The notes under the pieces are model-generated. The model was given only the letters and a program-made list of their open reading frames with translations. It was not told where the DNA came from and ran no database searches. Below are positions 13,001-26,030 of a DNA stretch of 64,000 nt, piece by piece. The stretch lies in NCBI GenBank assembly GCA_036172245.1, contig JAYWIR010000032.1, forward strand, positions 1,674,001 through 1,738,000, written 5' to 3'. Each line of letters opens with the position of its first letter. The first letter of the stretch is position 1. The position numbers and the translations under genes were made by a program. The DNA comes from Raillietiella orientalis (taxonomy: Eukaryota).

Positions 13001-14520
13001 AGGGGGAGAAGCTGTCGACGAGGAGAGAGTGGACGGGAGACCTTCGCACTCGGCGAAGGAGAGGAGCCATCCAAACGGTGCCGGCGGCGGCTCTGAGCAC
13101 AAAATTCGCCCCCCCCTTCCAGACAGTCGCTGCCCCCAGATGCCCAGCAGGATCACTGCGCCCACGGAGATGGCCGCAAGAAGGAAGCACAGAAGACGCT
13201 GCATTGTTCTGCTCTTCGGCGTCCGCGCAAGCAGGCGAGGCGCCCGGATCGTGTTGCAGGGAAACTCCGAGTGGATCGGCCGCGCTCACCAGGGTACATC
13301 GCGAAGGAAACGGCCGCCGCCGCCTCGCAGTCTCTGCCGGAATGAAGAACCCGGAGGCCGGGACATGACCCAAGTGACCGCCAGAAAGACGCCGGCTCTC
13401 CAGTCAGGTTACTACCGGGAACAGCGGACGATCCGAAGTGCTGCATGACAGCCCACTGCCAGTCCGCTGCTGCTGTTCATGCCGACCGAGCACGTGGAGG
13501 AGGCGCCGAATTCCTGAAACACCCCGCATTTTGGGGGAAGTGGATGAGGATAAAAGGCTGGCCACCGTCTCCACGGTCGCGGCTCTCCTCTCGCAAGCTC
13601 ACGCTCCGAGTCTCCGCCCCAGCCACTGCCTCTGGAACGCCGGCGTCGAACCCCAGCCGCGTCCAGACTTTCCCTAAGGAGTCCAAGAAATGTCCAACTC
13701 GAACTAAGGAATGAGCGGCGTTCTTCATCGGAAGTCACGAGGCTGGCCGTGAGCTCTCCCGAGTGGTTTCGCCCACGAACGATGTTTGGGCGCGTTTCCC
13801 AGCGAGGCTTCCGTTCTTTCCACATGCCGCGTTCCCTGCTTCCCCACTCACTCGAAGGCCACAAGAAGATTCGCCGTGACGAAGGCAACGCGACCGTCTT
13901 CTTCGCCCATCGGCTTCACACCGGGAGGGTCTCGAGAGGAGTATCTTTGGGAGCTTTTCCGGAAGTGATGAGGGAAGATGCCGGACATTTCACTGTCGGG
14001 AGCCGAACCTTGGATGTTCAGAGTGAAACCCTGGATGTTCAACGAACACAGAATCTCCTCCGTGTTCGTTGACGGCAGGAAGAACCAACGGTTCCGCCCG
14101 AGCTGATGCGGATCCGCGTTGCAATCCGCGGCAAGAGACACAAGTGACGCGGTCGGCAGCCACGGAAACAGCCAAAGTCCCCGTGAATTCCCCGTTGTTC
14201 AGATCGGAGGATGAAGCTTCCGAAGAGTAAACAGAAAGATGGGCTACTGGACTGTTGATGGCTCACGCCGCGCCTCCTCCTTCCCAGTCGTAGTTCTCGT
14301 CGGGAACTACCTCCATACTCGCATCATGGACCGACATTTTTGGCACATTCACGCTGTGATCCTTGAGGACGAAGAGATCAGATTCCATTCCAGTACCTAT
14401 ACTGGTTCTGCCGCCGTGACCAGGTTCATGTTCGAACCTTCCCTTGATGAGCATGGCGTCCGACGCCGCCTTGTTCGACAGAAGTAGAGCGAGGCGCCAT
14501 TTACGTCTTCATCGCCGTTG
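10100..14520 (-). mobile_element. 5' half of a degraded L1/Tx1-like LINE: gag-like ORF1 (~14500 to 11450) and APE endonuclease (~11380 to 10300)
   Basis: ORF1 knuckle remnants LHSGRDC, SCGHL and AGHLGAA, with a basic low-complexity tail. APE remnants in order: AATL..SRGL (~TLNxRG), ITHLYC (~NVYAP), LCLGGDV (~GGDFN), SVSRL (~SRLD), PDHS (~SDH). Confidence 0.65.
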
Positions 14521-14599
14521 GTGCCATGGCCCGATCACGCATTCAGCGTAGGTCTCGAGATCCGCACCACTTGGCCTCACCTACCATACCCACGATCAT

Positions 14600-16700
14600 C
14601 CCAAACAGGAAGGGAAATCTTCAGGCAACTGAGCACGCCTGTCCCGAATCAGCATTTTCCCGCAGCACGCACCACTCTTCTGCACTGCGGAATTTATCCC
14701 TCCGCCTATCGCTGGAAAACTCAGCAGGGCCACCCTAGCAACACCCAGCTGGATCCTTCAACCTCCTTCTGCCAAACATCAATTTCTTCTCCATCCATCC
14801 TGATTGAGATAAACGGAAACATCTGCGCGAGACGTTTTCTGTAGCTCGTGGGTCCACCCGGCACCTTCAAACATCTTCAGACTGCAATCTGGTCCCGTCT
14901 TTCATCACTTTCCTCGCATTATTCAAACCTGCTAATTTTAGAGCGATTGCATGAGCGTCCAATTCATCATTGTCCGCAGAAAACAACCCTCAACAATCCG
15001 ACTGCGCCTACGGCGTTTCAGTATGGTCCAGCGCTGAGCTCCAACCAAGAAATTCTTGGATTTTCAAGGCTCCCCAAAGCATCAAATAAAACACGCAAGC
15101 CAATTTTCTTACTGAGATCTTTTAATCCTTGTGAGACAATTGGCCTGTTAAGGCCAGTAATCTGCATAGCACCACAGACAGCTCCAAGGGCAACCCAAAT
15201 CCAAAAGATTAGACAAAGCTGGTTCTTTTTACGGATTAAAAAAAAAAACAAAAAAAAATCCTTGCTCGTATGAGCTTCTGTTAAGAGCAACAAACAGCAA
15301 AAATGACGTCCTAGTTGCTGCAAGGTTGTTACAAAATGAGCTCTTATTAAGGTGATTTGGGATTCATCATTGCTACGGTGCTGGGGATTTTTTCTGCGTG
15401 CCAAGGTGATGAGCGACAACTGTAACATCAAGACCAGATGTCAACCACAATGTCAACATGGAAGATGCAAAGATCTTTGCGTCTTCTATCGGTTGATATC
15501 CGTTGACAGCAATACGTAAATCGCTTTTGTTCTTCTTCAGTTGCAATAAAACATTTGCGCTTAATCCATAACCCTCATCAACATAGTGTGGACTGTGGGT
15601 TATACAAAGCTTGTTCTCAGGTACTTTTAACCCCCAGATTCCTAGTCATCAGAGTAGGAAGAATGAACGATGAGCAAGTCCTCGGCCACCTTTCGACATG
15701 AGATCCACTGCAGCGACTCCGCAGCTCCTCCTAGCCTTCCACTCTCACGCCCAGATGTCGACCATCGCGCTGGTTAGACACAGTTAATGCGCTGGAGCTC
15801 GGATGCACACACAATGTTTAGCGCTACTCCTAGCTAGCATCCCAGAATTCGTATTTGCCTTCGCGACCACATTGTAATACTTTAAACCGACGATCGCCTA
15901 GCAACCTTTCATGCGTCACAAGCTCACATGCCAATCTGCTGCTGTCAAACGGGACCAGCGCATAGAATTCACCCGAACCTCCCATCTTTTCGTTTGCTGT
16001 CCATCACGATCGCCTCCTTCCCTGCACGTCGCACACCTCCTCGCTAGAGGAAAGGGGAGGGGTCCTAAGTAGAGACCCCTTCCTTTTCAGCATTATCGAT
16101 CCATCGCCAACCAGCGACCCCGAACGCGCGAAGTCTCAGCGACCCCCGGCAGCACGGCCATCACTTTTCCTCACCATTGCACACCGTAAATTGCACAGTC
16201 ACCCTATTATCAGACGTCATCCACCCCCTTATTCAGCAAGCGAAACGGATGCCTTCATTGGACGGTTCAGCTTTCCTAGACAGAACAGGAATTCCATTCC
16301 ACTGGACCAGTGCCCAGTAAATTGCAGCATCACCATGCCTCATGCTGTACAACACCCTTCCGCGCATAGCAAACTCACACGCTAAAATCTCTTAACGGCC
16401 AACAGCCATCACACAGAATTCGTCTGAAACCTCATTCTTTTTACTACCACCTAGGAGCTCCATTCCTGCACATTCTGCACCTTCATCGCCATGCGACCCA
16501 TCACCGACCAATGGTTCCGGACATGCGAATAACCAGAACACGAGCACCAGGGGCGCAACGTCGTCTCACATGACTTTGTTTCCGACAGGATCCTCGTTGT
16601 CTCGCTGGGAGGTATCACGGGATGTGAGAACCAACGAGCAGTGCGCAAGCGCGGAGAAGACAATCTAGAAGTCCGGATCACCTAGGTCAGAGGAGGACTG
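14600..16700 (-). mobile_element. Probable Academ (AcademX-type) DNA transposon remnant: transposase C-terminus, XPG/PIN-like region and Cys-rich tail
   Basis: Ordered remnants RPWCSCSGY (~LPYFHASGH), GCCTA*GM (~GGLTxGRG), IAVNGY (~VFDGY), NHLNKSSF (~NxxNKxxF) and a terminal Cys-rich stretch. Multiple stops and frameshifts. Confidence 0.45.
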
Positions 16701-17739
16701 TGCAATCCTCGGGGCAAGTTCGCGAGTGAACACAGGACCGTGCCGGGGTGTCGGCAATGTACCTCCACCCCCCATTTGTCCCTGAGTTCCCTGGAGGTCT
16801 GTCCCAATGCTTGAGTGAGCCATCGGCACCCCATGAGCGTCCCGAGGCATTCCGCGCTCACGAGATTCTCTGCGAGAACCTGGGCATGGCTTCTCGAGGG
16901 CAAATGAGAAGGCCAAAAATCACGCATCCTGTCGACGAGGCGAACCCACTTGCAAAAACACTGGAACGGAGGGAGGCATACTGCTAGGAACGAAACGCCA
17001 CACGAAGAGCTCACGCGGCAGCGCGTGCACGAGCAAAAAGGAAAAAAGGAAAAAAAATGAAGGGCAGCAGTGGGGAGAAAAAAGAGTTGAGAGTAAGGGT
17101 GCGCGCCCCACTCACCCTGCTGAGTAATTTATGCGCGCCTTAAGCGCACGAGGATGTGTACAAGCATCGGTGGACGACCGTACACAACGATCGATCTTTC
17201 CTGCTCGCTTCTTGAAAGACACGGAGCAGAGCTCCTCTGTACGTAGATCCAAAGGAGCCACTTTGCCCTAAGACGAAATCAGAACTAAAGAGACATATTG
17301 CTACCCGGCTGTTTGATGAAGACACGAAACCTTGCATGCAGCTTCGGGAAAGGAGAAAACAGACTGCCTTTAAGGAAAGAGAATCATAGGATGCATTCAA
17401 TGCCCCTTTTTTTTGTTTTGCTTCAACATTGCCGACGGCTTTTTTTTGGGAAAAAAAACATTGTTAATGAGGTTTGAAAAAAAAAAAAAAAAAAACGCAT
17501 TGTTAATGAGCTCTTTGTTTTTGTTTTTGTTTTAAAAAAAGGCGTTCGCAACAATGCCCGCACTTTTTTTTAGATGCTACAACCAATGGAAGACTTTGTG
17601 CTTTTTCGTGTCCATCAAGGGAATTGCAAGTTTTAATTGCAGAGTTCGAGAAGTAGTTGCTGATTGCAGGACGAAGATAAGACAGGAAGTTCCCGCATCT
17701 TTCCTCAGGGCCCACAGTTCATCAGAGGGACGCTGTTTG

Positions 17740-17772
<33 letters not shown>

Positions 17773-18342
17773 CTATAAGCGAGCTGAATACGACCTTTGC
17801 CGTTTCCAGCCAACTTCGATGATGCGAACGTTTTCCCGTTGGCATCTGGAAATTCTTCACAGGATCCCTATCAGACGATTTGTCGGCTCCCTCGCCGTGA
17901 TTTGTCTCGGTGTACAGAGATCGTAGCTCATTAACGATTGGAGCATCATCGACAAAAGGACGGCCTAAACAAAAAAGGCGGTTCAGAAAACGCGAACCGA
18001 GAATGGACCGCGCGGAATCTGCGAGCCATTTCTTCCGCACAGGAGGCTGTGGCAGTCCGGAGTCGCTGGAATCCCTCCGAAATGGCTGCGGCACAGGCAA
18101 CGGGATCGCACCCCCTATACTTCCATCGCACGTCGAAACCATCTGCGCAGCATCTCCGAGATCTCGGGTTCGAGAGCACCTGCGCACATCTCCGTGTCCA
18201 CATTAATCTCTCCCTGAGAGAGTCCCCTGCAAAGGCAGCACATCCTCCCCTTCCAATCGAACAGGGAGCTGGGTAGGGAAGTTTTCTCGGAGCCCCGGGT
18301 TCACTGATGACCGGAGGGCATCGCCGATCAATGGGCCATTTT

Positions 18343-18431
18343 CTTTCTCTGGAGCGGCGACGACGAGAAACACACACACACACACACACGCAAGCATACG
18401 AGGAAACCCGGAAGCCCCATTATCGGTGTTC
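18343..18431 (+). repeat. 89-bp segment, perfect inverted copy of 21842-21930
   Basis: Direct sequence comparison, including the same length of the internal CA run. Confidence 0.95.
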
Positions 18432-18538
18432 CTTCCCGCTCTGCAAAGCAGCGATAGCTGACCGATAGGCAGTAATGGGTTGCTCCTAGTGGGGTTGGGG
18501 GCCAGGGATGATCGAACACATGGTTTCCACAAGGCGAG

Positions 18539-18670
<132 letters not shown>

Positions 18671-20720
18671 ACTGACATTCCAGGCGAGCCATCGCTCTTC
18701 ATCGTTCCTTCCAGGATTCCAGGCATCGGCGGTGCAAACTCCACTTGCGGGATCCACAAGTCGCAGCCAGCCAACTGTAACTCAATCATCAGATTGCATA
18801 ATGAATGAAGTTAGTATTCGGACGGTTTCTCATTGCAGGCTGACAGGGAAAGCAGCTCTCCTGGTGCAAGAAGATTTCAAGAAGCGTAAGCCGCAGTACA
18901 GGGGCAGGCACACACGTAACTCGATCACGCATCCTCTAACCTATTTTAAGATTCCTGATTGGAAACTTCCGTCGACATTCGATAGCTGTGCTGGGTGGGA
19001 AGGTCGTCCGTAATGATTCGTATCATTAGTGTACCGGGGATATGGTGGAGGCGAAGCCTGTACAAGCGGTGGGATGGGGAGTGTTGTTCGTGTGCGCCGG
19101 AAAAAACGAGAAAGGTTCCAGCGAAAATGTGATGTGTTTTCCCAAGATGCCGTCTTTGTGATCATGGAGAGACTTCCCTCTTCGGAGCCCCTGTGTGACG
19201 TGCGACGACTGCGAGGCGTTCCCGAATCTCGGTTCGGTTAATTGCGGTGAGTCAATCTGCAGCGAGAGATCTAATCGTATTATTACTATGCAACGCAGCG
19301 TTATCTGATATTTTCGTAATACCCGCATGGGCTCTCGTATCGAGCGAAAGCGCCCACAAAAACCTCCCGATGCGCGTTCTCGAAAATTCCCATGGTTTCG
19401 GCTCGGGTAGTATCAAGTGGCGGGAGCCAGGTTTCATCCGCAGCGTGCAAATCAAGCGTTGGGACAGTGTAGCACGTTGGCATCAATCAGTAAGCACAGA
19501 TGCGAGCAGGCAGCGGGAAAGAGATAAAGGTTCGGTTGGGCAACGGATGACGAACAAAGGTACAGAGAGGGGTGAGTGGGACCCCTGCGAAGAGCGCAGA
19601 GGCGCCCTCTGCACGTGACGCAACAATGGCGCCGGCAGACGGAGCGAACACGTGACCGGGCGGAGGCTCCGCGGGCTGCAAGACGCAGCGGAGGCACCTC
19701 CGTTGATCAGGGCGCGCTCCGCTTCCGGAACGGAGTTGGGGAAATCTAAGAATTGGGTGTGGTGCAATTCCCGCTGCTCGTGGTGTCCCGGAGAGGGGAT
19801 TTGGCAACAGATCGCAATTTCGTTAGGGAGGGAGGAGGAAGGAGAGGCGGAGGGGGGGGGGAGGGCAGGGGGAAGGAAAGGGTTGGGAAACGACTCCCTT
19901 CTTCAGCGATGGGGAACGCCGTCCTCCACGGACGAACGGCCCTCGCGACTCTTTCGGGCGGCCTTTTCCTGCCCGATGCCCGCAGCTGCCGCGAAACTGC
20001 AAGGTCCCCCCCCCCCCTGTCCCCCGGCGGCTGCGGCGGTCTGTCCCGCCACTCGGCCGCCCTCGTCGGAAGCCGGCGGACGACCGGCAGCATTGAAGGC
20101 GCGGTCACTCCTCTTCGATCGGCGCTTTCCTCGGTATGAACGGTCCGCGTTTCTTCCTTCTCCTTCTTTCCTTCCGTGGACGGAAGAATTCCTCCGCCCA
20201 CCTCCCGGCTTCGCGGCGGGAGAGGTGGGGTCCAGGGCAGGAGGACATCCTGGAAGGTTGCCCTGCGGAAGGGCCGCCGCCGCCGCCACTGGTGGTGGTC
20301 TCCTCCGGCTCCTCGAAGAGTTCGCGCTCCGCCGGAGCGAGCGCTGCGAACGACCGTGCGTGAGGGTTTTGATGAACTCGGGCTGTTGGATCGATTGGCC
20401 GCGTGCTTCATCTTTGGCCGAGAGGTTTTGTCCCTCCCCCTCCCTCCTCCCTAGGTAGATCAAATTGCCCCGGATTTGCTCGCAAGCGCCGGCAGCTGAT
20501 GCATCGATACGCTCCGTACACGCCGCGTTGCCGCCAACTTCTTGCAGGGATGGTAAAAGCACCGCGCTATGCGCGAGCGAGGCGAGCGCGTGGCCGTCCT
20601 TGCTGCCGCTTGCGGCGGAAGCGGGCGAGCGGCCCTGCCTGAGCAGCTGCTTGATCTTCCGCTGGAGACCTTCCCCTTCCTCCTCCCGTCCGGCCTCGGC
20701 CCGCGCGCGCGCACGCCAGA

Positions 20721-21323
20721 AGGATGCCCCGAGTCGGCTGCCGCGCGGCTGCGTGCGGTCCTCTGAGCGCGGAGGACGTTCCCAAAGTGTCACGGGTTCG
20801 AATCTCGGCCGTGGAAGCACCGGCGCCGAGAAATGGGGCGCGTCGTCGAGTCCCTCTCCCCCCCTGCCCTGCAAGATGATGCTGGCTGCCCGGTAGCTTC
20901 GGGCGCGGCACTGGTGAGTGGTGGCCGGGACTGGGAGTTCAACCCCCCGGGGTCCTTCCAGTGAATCAAGGGGTAGGTTCCCTTCGGGGTTTCCCCTCCG
21001 AAGAGTGAAGAAGAAACGGAGCAGCCCGTCCCCTGAGGGGGGTACCCTCCATCGAGTGCCATGGAGCCGGTGTGCAGAGAAGCGCGTTGCTCCCTTCGAG
21101 GTCTGTGGAGAAGAAATTGCAGGCGCGCGGATCGTTTTGGGTTCCCATCGGAGAGGGAATGTGAGGCGTCCCCCTGCGGAGAGAACAGAGAAAGGAAGAA
21201 GTGGCTCCTCTCGAAAGTCCTTCCTCCGGGGTCTTCCCGTATTTATGGGTGGTCCCCGCGGGATCGCCCCCTGGAACTTGAAGAGTGAACACGTTCCCTC
21301 GGGATGGAGGGGGCAGCGTCAAA
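20721..21323 (+). mobile_element. tRNA-derived SINE (~0.6 kb)
   Basis: Starts AGGAT, B-box GGTTCGAATCT at 20795, body nearly identical to 32017-32510, ends CAGCGTCAAA. Confidence 0.75.
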
Positions 21324-21841
21324 GAGCTTCCTGAGCACCAAAAACAAAAGAAAGGGAAACACGAGGAAGGAAAAAAAAAAAAAAAAACAGCTGGAGGGAC
21401 GGCAGCGAATGGAGGACGAGATAGTGGCCTTCCGGGCACAGTTCCTTCGCGGCACCCGTCGTGCACTGTCGTGATCGCAGCTCGGGAAACCTCTGCAACG
21501 ACGTGCGGTGACCCCGCTGCTCGGAGCAGCGGTAGGTGGCGCTGCCGTCTTGGAGGAAACGGCGCGGACTGGTCGGAGCGACGGTGCCAGTTCTTCGGTG
21601 CTTCGGGCGGGACAGTCTCGCCCGATACGCGGGGCCTCCCTATCCGTGGTGGGGGACACGTGACCTCCCCTTCCTGGGGCGTGGGGGACCGTCGAGTGCG
21701 CGTCCGCGTGGCGCACCGAAAGCACCGCCCGCGCCCGGCGCCGAAAGCGTCCGTTTCCACGGGCGACGGCGCGCGCGGTTTCGAGTTGTCGCTTCCCGCC
21801 GCCGGAAGTCTCCTTGGTTGACGGCGGACCTGCGCCGCGCC

Positions 21842-21930
21842 GAACACCGATAATGGGGCTTCCGGGTTTCCTCGTATGCTTGCGTGTGTGTGTGTGTGTG
21901 TGTTTCTCGTCGTCGCCGCTCCAGAGAAAG
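21842..21930 (-). repeat. 89-bp segment, perfect inverted copy of 18343-18431
   Basis: Direct sequence comparison. Confidence 0.95.
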
Positions 21931-24900
21931 GAAATCTTCCCGGGTTACGTCCTCGCCTCACCAGGAGCCCGCCGCGCGTTCGGTCGGAAGGCGGAAGCGA
22001 GCGGAGCCTGCTGGCAGCCGATTCCCGCGTCCGTGGCCGGAATTCTCTTCCCCCGGGCGAACCGGAAGGAACTTGGCGGAAAGCGCGTGCGCACAGCGAG
22101 CTTCTTCGGTCAGCTCAGCGCCCCTGGGCTGAATAGGGTGAAGGATGAGCAGGGGGGAGGGGGAAGGGGGAATTCTCTTTGAAGGTTCGGCGCCATGGTA
22201 ACGCTCGCATCGCTTCCGTTTCTCCGTTGTCCCTCTTGCTTTGAAACTTTCATCCTCGCCAGCAGCACCCAATCCCCGGAGGGGGGTGCGGGCAGGTCGG
22301 CCTGTCCGTCTCCAGCTGATTCGCGGTGAAGTTCCGCTTCAGTCATTGCTCGCCGCGTTCCCCGTCCTCTTGCAAAGCTCCTGCCGTCGTCCCCTACCGG
22401 GAGCCCGAGGGCTCCTCCTCCGTCCTGGGAGTGTCGACGCTCCCGCTGCCCGGCCCCTTCCGCTTCCGCGTCCTTCCGGGAGACGACTGGAGAGCAAGGC
22501 TGAGTTTCGGAGGGCTTCGAGCTGCTCCGTCTTCTTCGCAAGGGGGCGCGGGGAAGCGCCGCTGGCCCGCGTTGCCATGGGGACTTCTCCGCTGTCGAGC
22601 GACTCTGACTCCCTCTTTCCCCTGCGGCGGGAGACGCGCGACCCCCGAGGGTGGCGCGAACTCGGTCTGTCGCTCGCCGCTCGCGTTCGGGAGCGGCCAG
22701 TGGTCGTCCGGGGAGGAGCTCCTCGGCACGCGCGTCTCCGGAGCGAAACGCAAAGAGCGAAGGGAAAAATCGCCTCTCGTCAGGATGGCGACCTCCGAGG
22801 TGCCTGTCCAAGTTCTTCCTTCTCACCCCCGAGTTTGTTTTCTGTTTCGCTCATCCCGTGCAGCCGCCGTTGCAAGCTGAGAGAGAGGTGCATTCGCTGG
22901 TGTCTCCTGGCAACGCTCCCCTGCAGGTTTTTCTATTTTCGCCCGTTCTTTTCCACTTCCCTCCCTTCTTGCCTTTCCCTCCGGGATGCTCTAAGGGGCG
23001 ACTGTAGACACCGCGGTTCTTCTTCCACCACGAGTCCGCGTGGCGGCCGCCAGATGGGGGACCCTTTCTGCACTGCCTGCACCGCCCGAGGGTGCATGTG
23101 AGACGGCAGTCAGGGGAAGGGATCACCCTAATGATTGCCCAGGGAAGGACCCCGAGGATGGATCCAGTTTCCTGTTCACTCTTCGGGGGAAACTCCTCGT
23201 CCGCCGCATGGTCGCCGCCGCGTTTTCCCTGTCCATTGGTTCGGCTGCTACTCGGAGGAATCCGCTCGTTCGCAGTGGCGCCATCTTCCCGCAGGTTCTC
23301 TCACTATCTCCCGCCAATGCTGCATGGGAGGGAAGGGAAGCTCCTCGGTAGCACGGCCTCCAACGCGGGCGACAGGGTGCGCCCCGCCGACTCGCAACGG
23401 GAGGACGGGCGTCTCATCGAATCCGTAGGTTCGGCTGCTGTCGGGACCGCTCGTTCGCAATGGCGCCGCCATCCTCTCGCAAGTGGCAGCTCTCGATGCC
23501 GCCCGCCTGAACGAGGGGTGCTTGGTGACGTCACCGGTCCAAATGCAGACCCGCAGCACGAGTGTTTCCCGTAACGCCTTTGGGAACAAGGGGCGTCCAG
23601 GGTCGGCGCCATCGGCGTGCCTCCCGCCTCTGCGAGGTTCTGCTGGCGTTGGCACTGGCCTCGTCTTCCGGAGCCGGCGCCAGGAAGAGGGAGCGCGCGC
23701 ACCCCCGCGTTTACCTGCCCCATCTGCCGGCACACAATTACGCGCGCGTTCCGGCCGAGGTCTCATGGCGGTCCGACCGCTGGCTCCACCTGTCGACGGA
23801 CGTTTTTTTCCCGCGGACACCCCTCCCCTCTCTGTCATCGTCATCGTCTCGGGACTTCTCTGCTTTTTACCGCCGGTGGAGGGGGAGGGAGGGGAGCGAA
23901 ACGGCGCTCCGGAGCGCTACAGCCGCCCGCCGGTAGAGGGTACGCGCGGCCGCGTTCCTGCAGAGGCTGCGGATGCCCGTCCGCTCGCACCCGTGGGAGC
24001 CAAGCGGGTGGTCGCCGGTCCGGAGAAGGGAAGGGAGAGGTCAGAGTTCAGCGAAGGGGCCGCTCTCCCTCACTCGCTCCTCTGGAGGCGGAGGCTCTCC
24101 CGCGCCCTCTGTGGACTCAGGGGCCGCGAGAAAGAAGCCATCTTTGTCTCAAGAGTCGCGCGACGGCTGCGCCTGGGGAAATCCTCCGTCATTCCCAAAG
24201 GGGTCGGCGCCGTCGCTTCCTCTCCCGCCCCCTCCGGGCATCTTCAGTCTTTCGCCGTCGGGGATCGCCTGGATCCTTCCGTTCCTCCCTTGCGGAAATG
24301 CTCCGTGGCGTTTCCGGTGGCCCGCGAGCGCCCCTCACGCGTCCCTGTGGAGTGATCTCCCCGCGGTCGCGATCGGGAGTTTCCTTGAGCTGGCGCTGGG
24401 CCACCCGGCTCCGAAGACGGAACGATGACGTACCGAGGCGCCGAGCGCGGGTCAGTTCGAGCCTCGCGTTCTATTTTTAAACCCTCCGCGCATTTTGCCC
24501 GCTTGCGGGCCGCCCAGGAAACGACCGACAGTCGCGTCCCTCAGTCGCAGGGCCGCGCCGCGCCGCCCCACCCACGCGCGCTTCCTCGCTCCCCACGGGG
24601 TCGCCCGGCAACCGCCGCGTTTCCAACGTGCGTGCGCCGCGGCGGAGGCGAGTCGCCATCGTCGCCTCCGCGTTTGGCTCACGAGCAAGGGTGGTGGGGT
24701 GGGGAAGGACGTTTCCGGGATGACGCATGTCCCTTCTCCACGTGCCGCGCGAGTGGGGCGGGCGCGCGCGCTTCGCCCGAGAGGGGAGTCCGGGGTGACA
24801 TCTAGCGGAGAGGAGCGGCGGCTAGGGGGGAGGGTTCGCGTGCGCTTCGGGAGGAAGCGAAGCGAAACGGGATGGACGCGGCCAGGATCTTCAGGGACGG

Positions 24901-25299
24901 AAGGGAACGGGACTCCGGGATGCGTTGCCATGGAGGCACGCTTGCGCGCGCCGGCGGGAGAGGGAGAGAGAGACTGTGAGGGCGGCAGAAGGAAGGCGAC
25001 GGCGGAGCGCGCGCGCGCCCAGTGCTTCCGCCGGCTGCCGCGCGAGCGCTACTTTTTCTTCCCCCCCCCCCCCCCCCTCGCGGAGCCGTGCGCAATCGCG
25101 GAAGGTCACGGGCGAGGTCTCCTAGGCGGCGGTCGTTTCCCGCGGATGTTCGTCCTCCCCCCCTGCCGTCAGGCGAGCTTGTCCGTCCGCGGCACAAGGC
25201 GACGGAGACCGGCGGGAGAGAAGAAGCGCCACGCGCGGTTCGGACGCCGCCCCGGGATGAGTCCCAGGACGAAGCTCTCTTTCCGGGAGGCCGCTGCCC

Positions 25300-26030
25300 T
25301 CGGAGGGCCTGCGGCGGCACCCTCCCTCAAGGGGCCACGCAGAGAGTGGAGCGGCGTCGACGCCGACGAGGCAGCACCCGCGCGCCAAAAATCCTTCTCC
25401 CCCTTTCCTCCGGTAGTCAAGGACACCGCGGGAGCGAGCGGACATCCCCGGAAGGCCCTGGGAGGTGGTGAGCAGGTGAAGGTCTCAGCAGCCGGGGCGC
25501 GGGGGGCCCGTCCTTCGTCACTCACGGCAACTCTTCGGGTCAGCTCGACGAGCATCGAGGGGCGCGCCCCCCAGGCACTGATGAGGTCTCCAAGGACGCG
25601 ATGCGTTCTTCCCCTTTCCACTCCCACCTCCCTTCAACCCTTCCTTCTTCCCACGCCGGTCGACGCTCCTGGAGCAGCAGTGGCGGACGCCCTTCGAGGC
25701 ACGTCCGCCGTCCCTTTGGCGGGGTTTCAATGTCAGGTCGAGGGCCGCCACGCTTCTACCCGAGTCCGCCCTCAGGGCGGAGGCAGCAGCGGTTGCCCTG
25801 CCGTCCGACGGTGCAGCTTCCCGGCGTCCCCGCTTTCCCAGAGCCGGGGCTTCGCTGCGATCGGCGACCGCGCTCCCCGATCCGCGCGTTCTTTCGCCGT
25901 TCCCGGCTGCATCTTTCCTGCAGGCTTTTCCCCTCTTCGCCCTGCTCATCGTGGGCGTACTGCGGCCCGCCATCCCGCGCAGGCAGCGAAGGTGTCCATG
26001 GATACCTTCAGAGGTCGAGCGAGCACCGCG
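25300..26030 (+). mobile_element. LINE RT fragment
   Basis: GGGSSGCPAV (~GVRQGCPLS) followed by SWAYCG (~AYADD). Confidence 0.35.
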
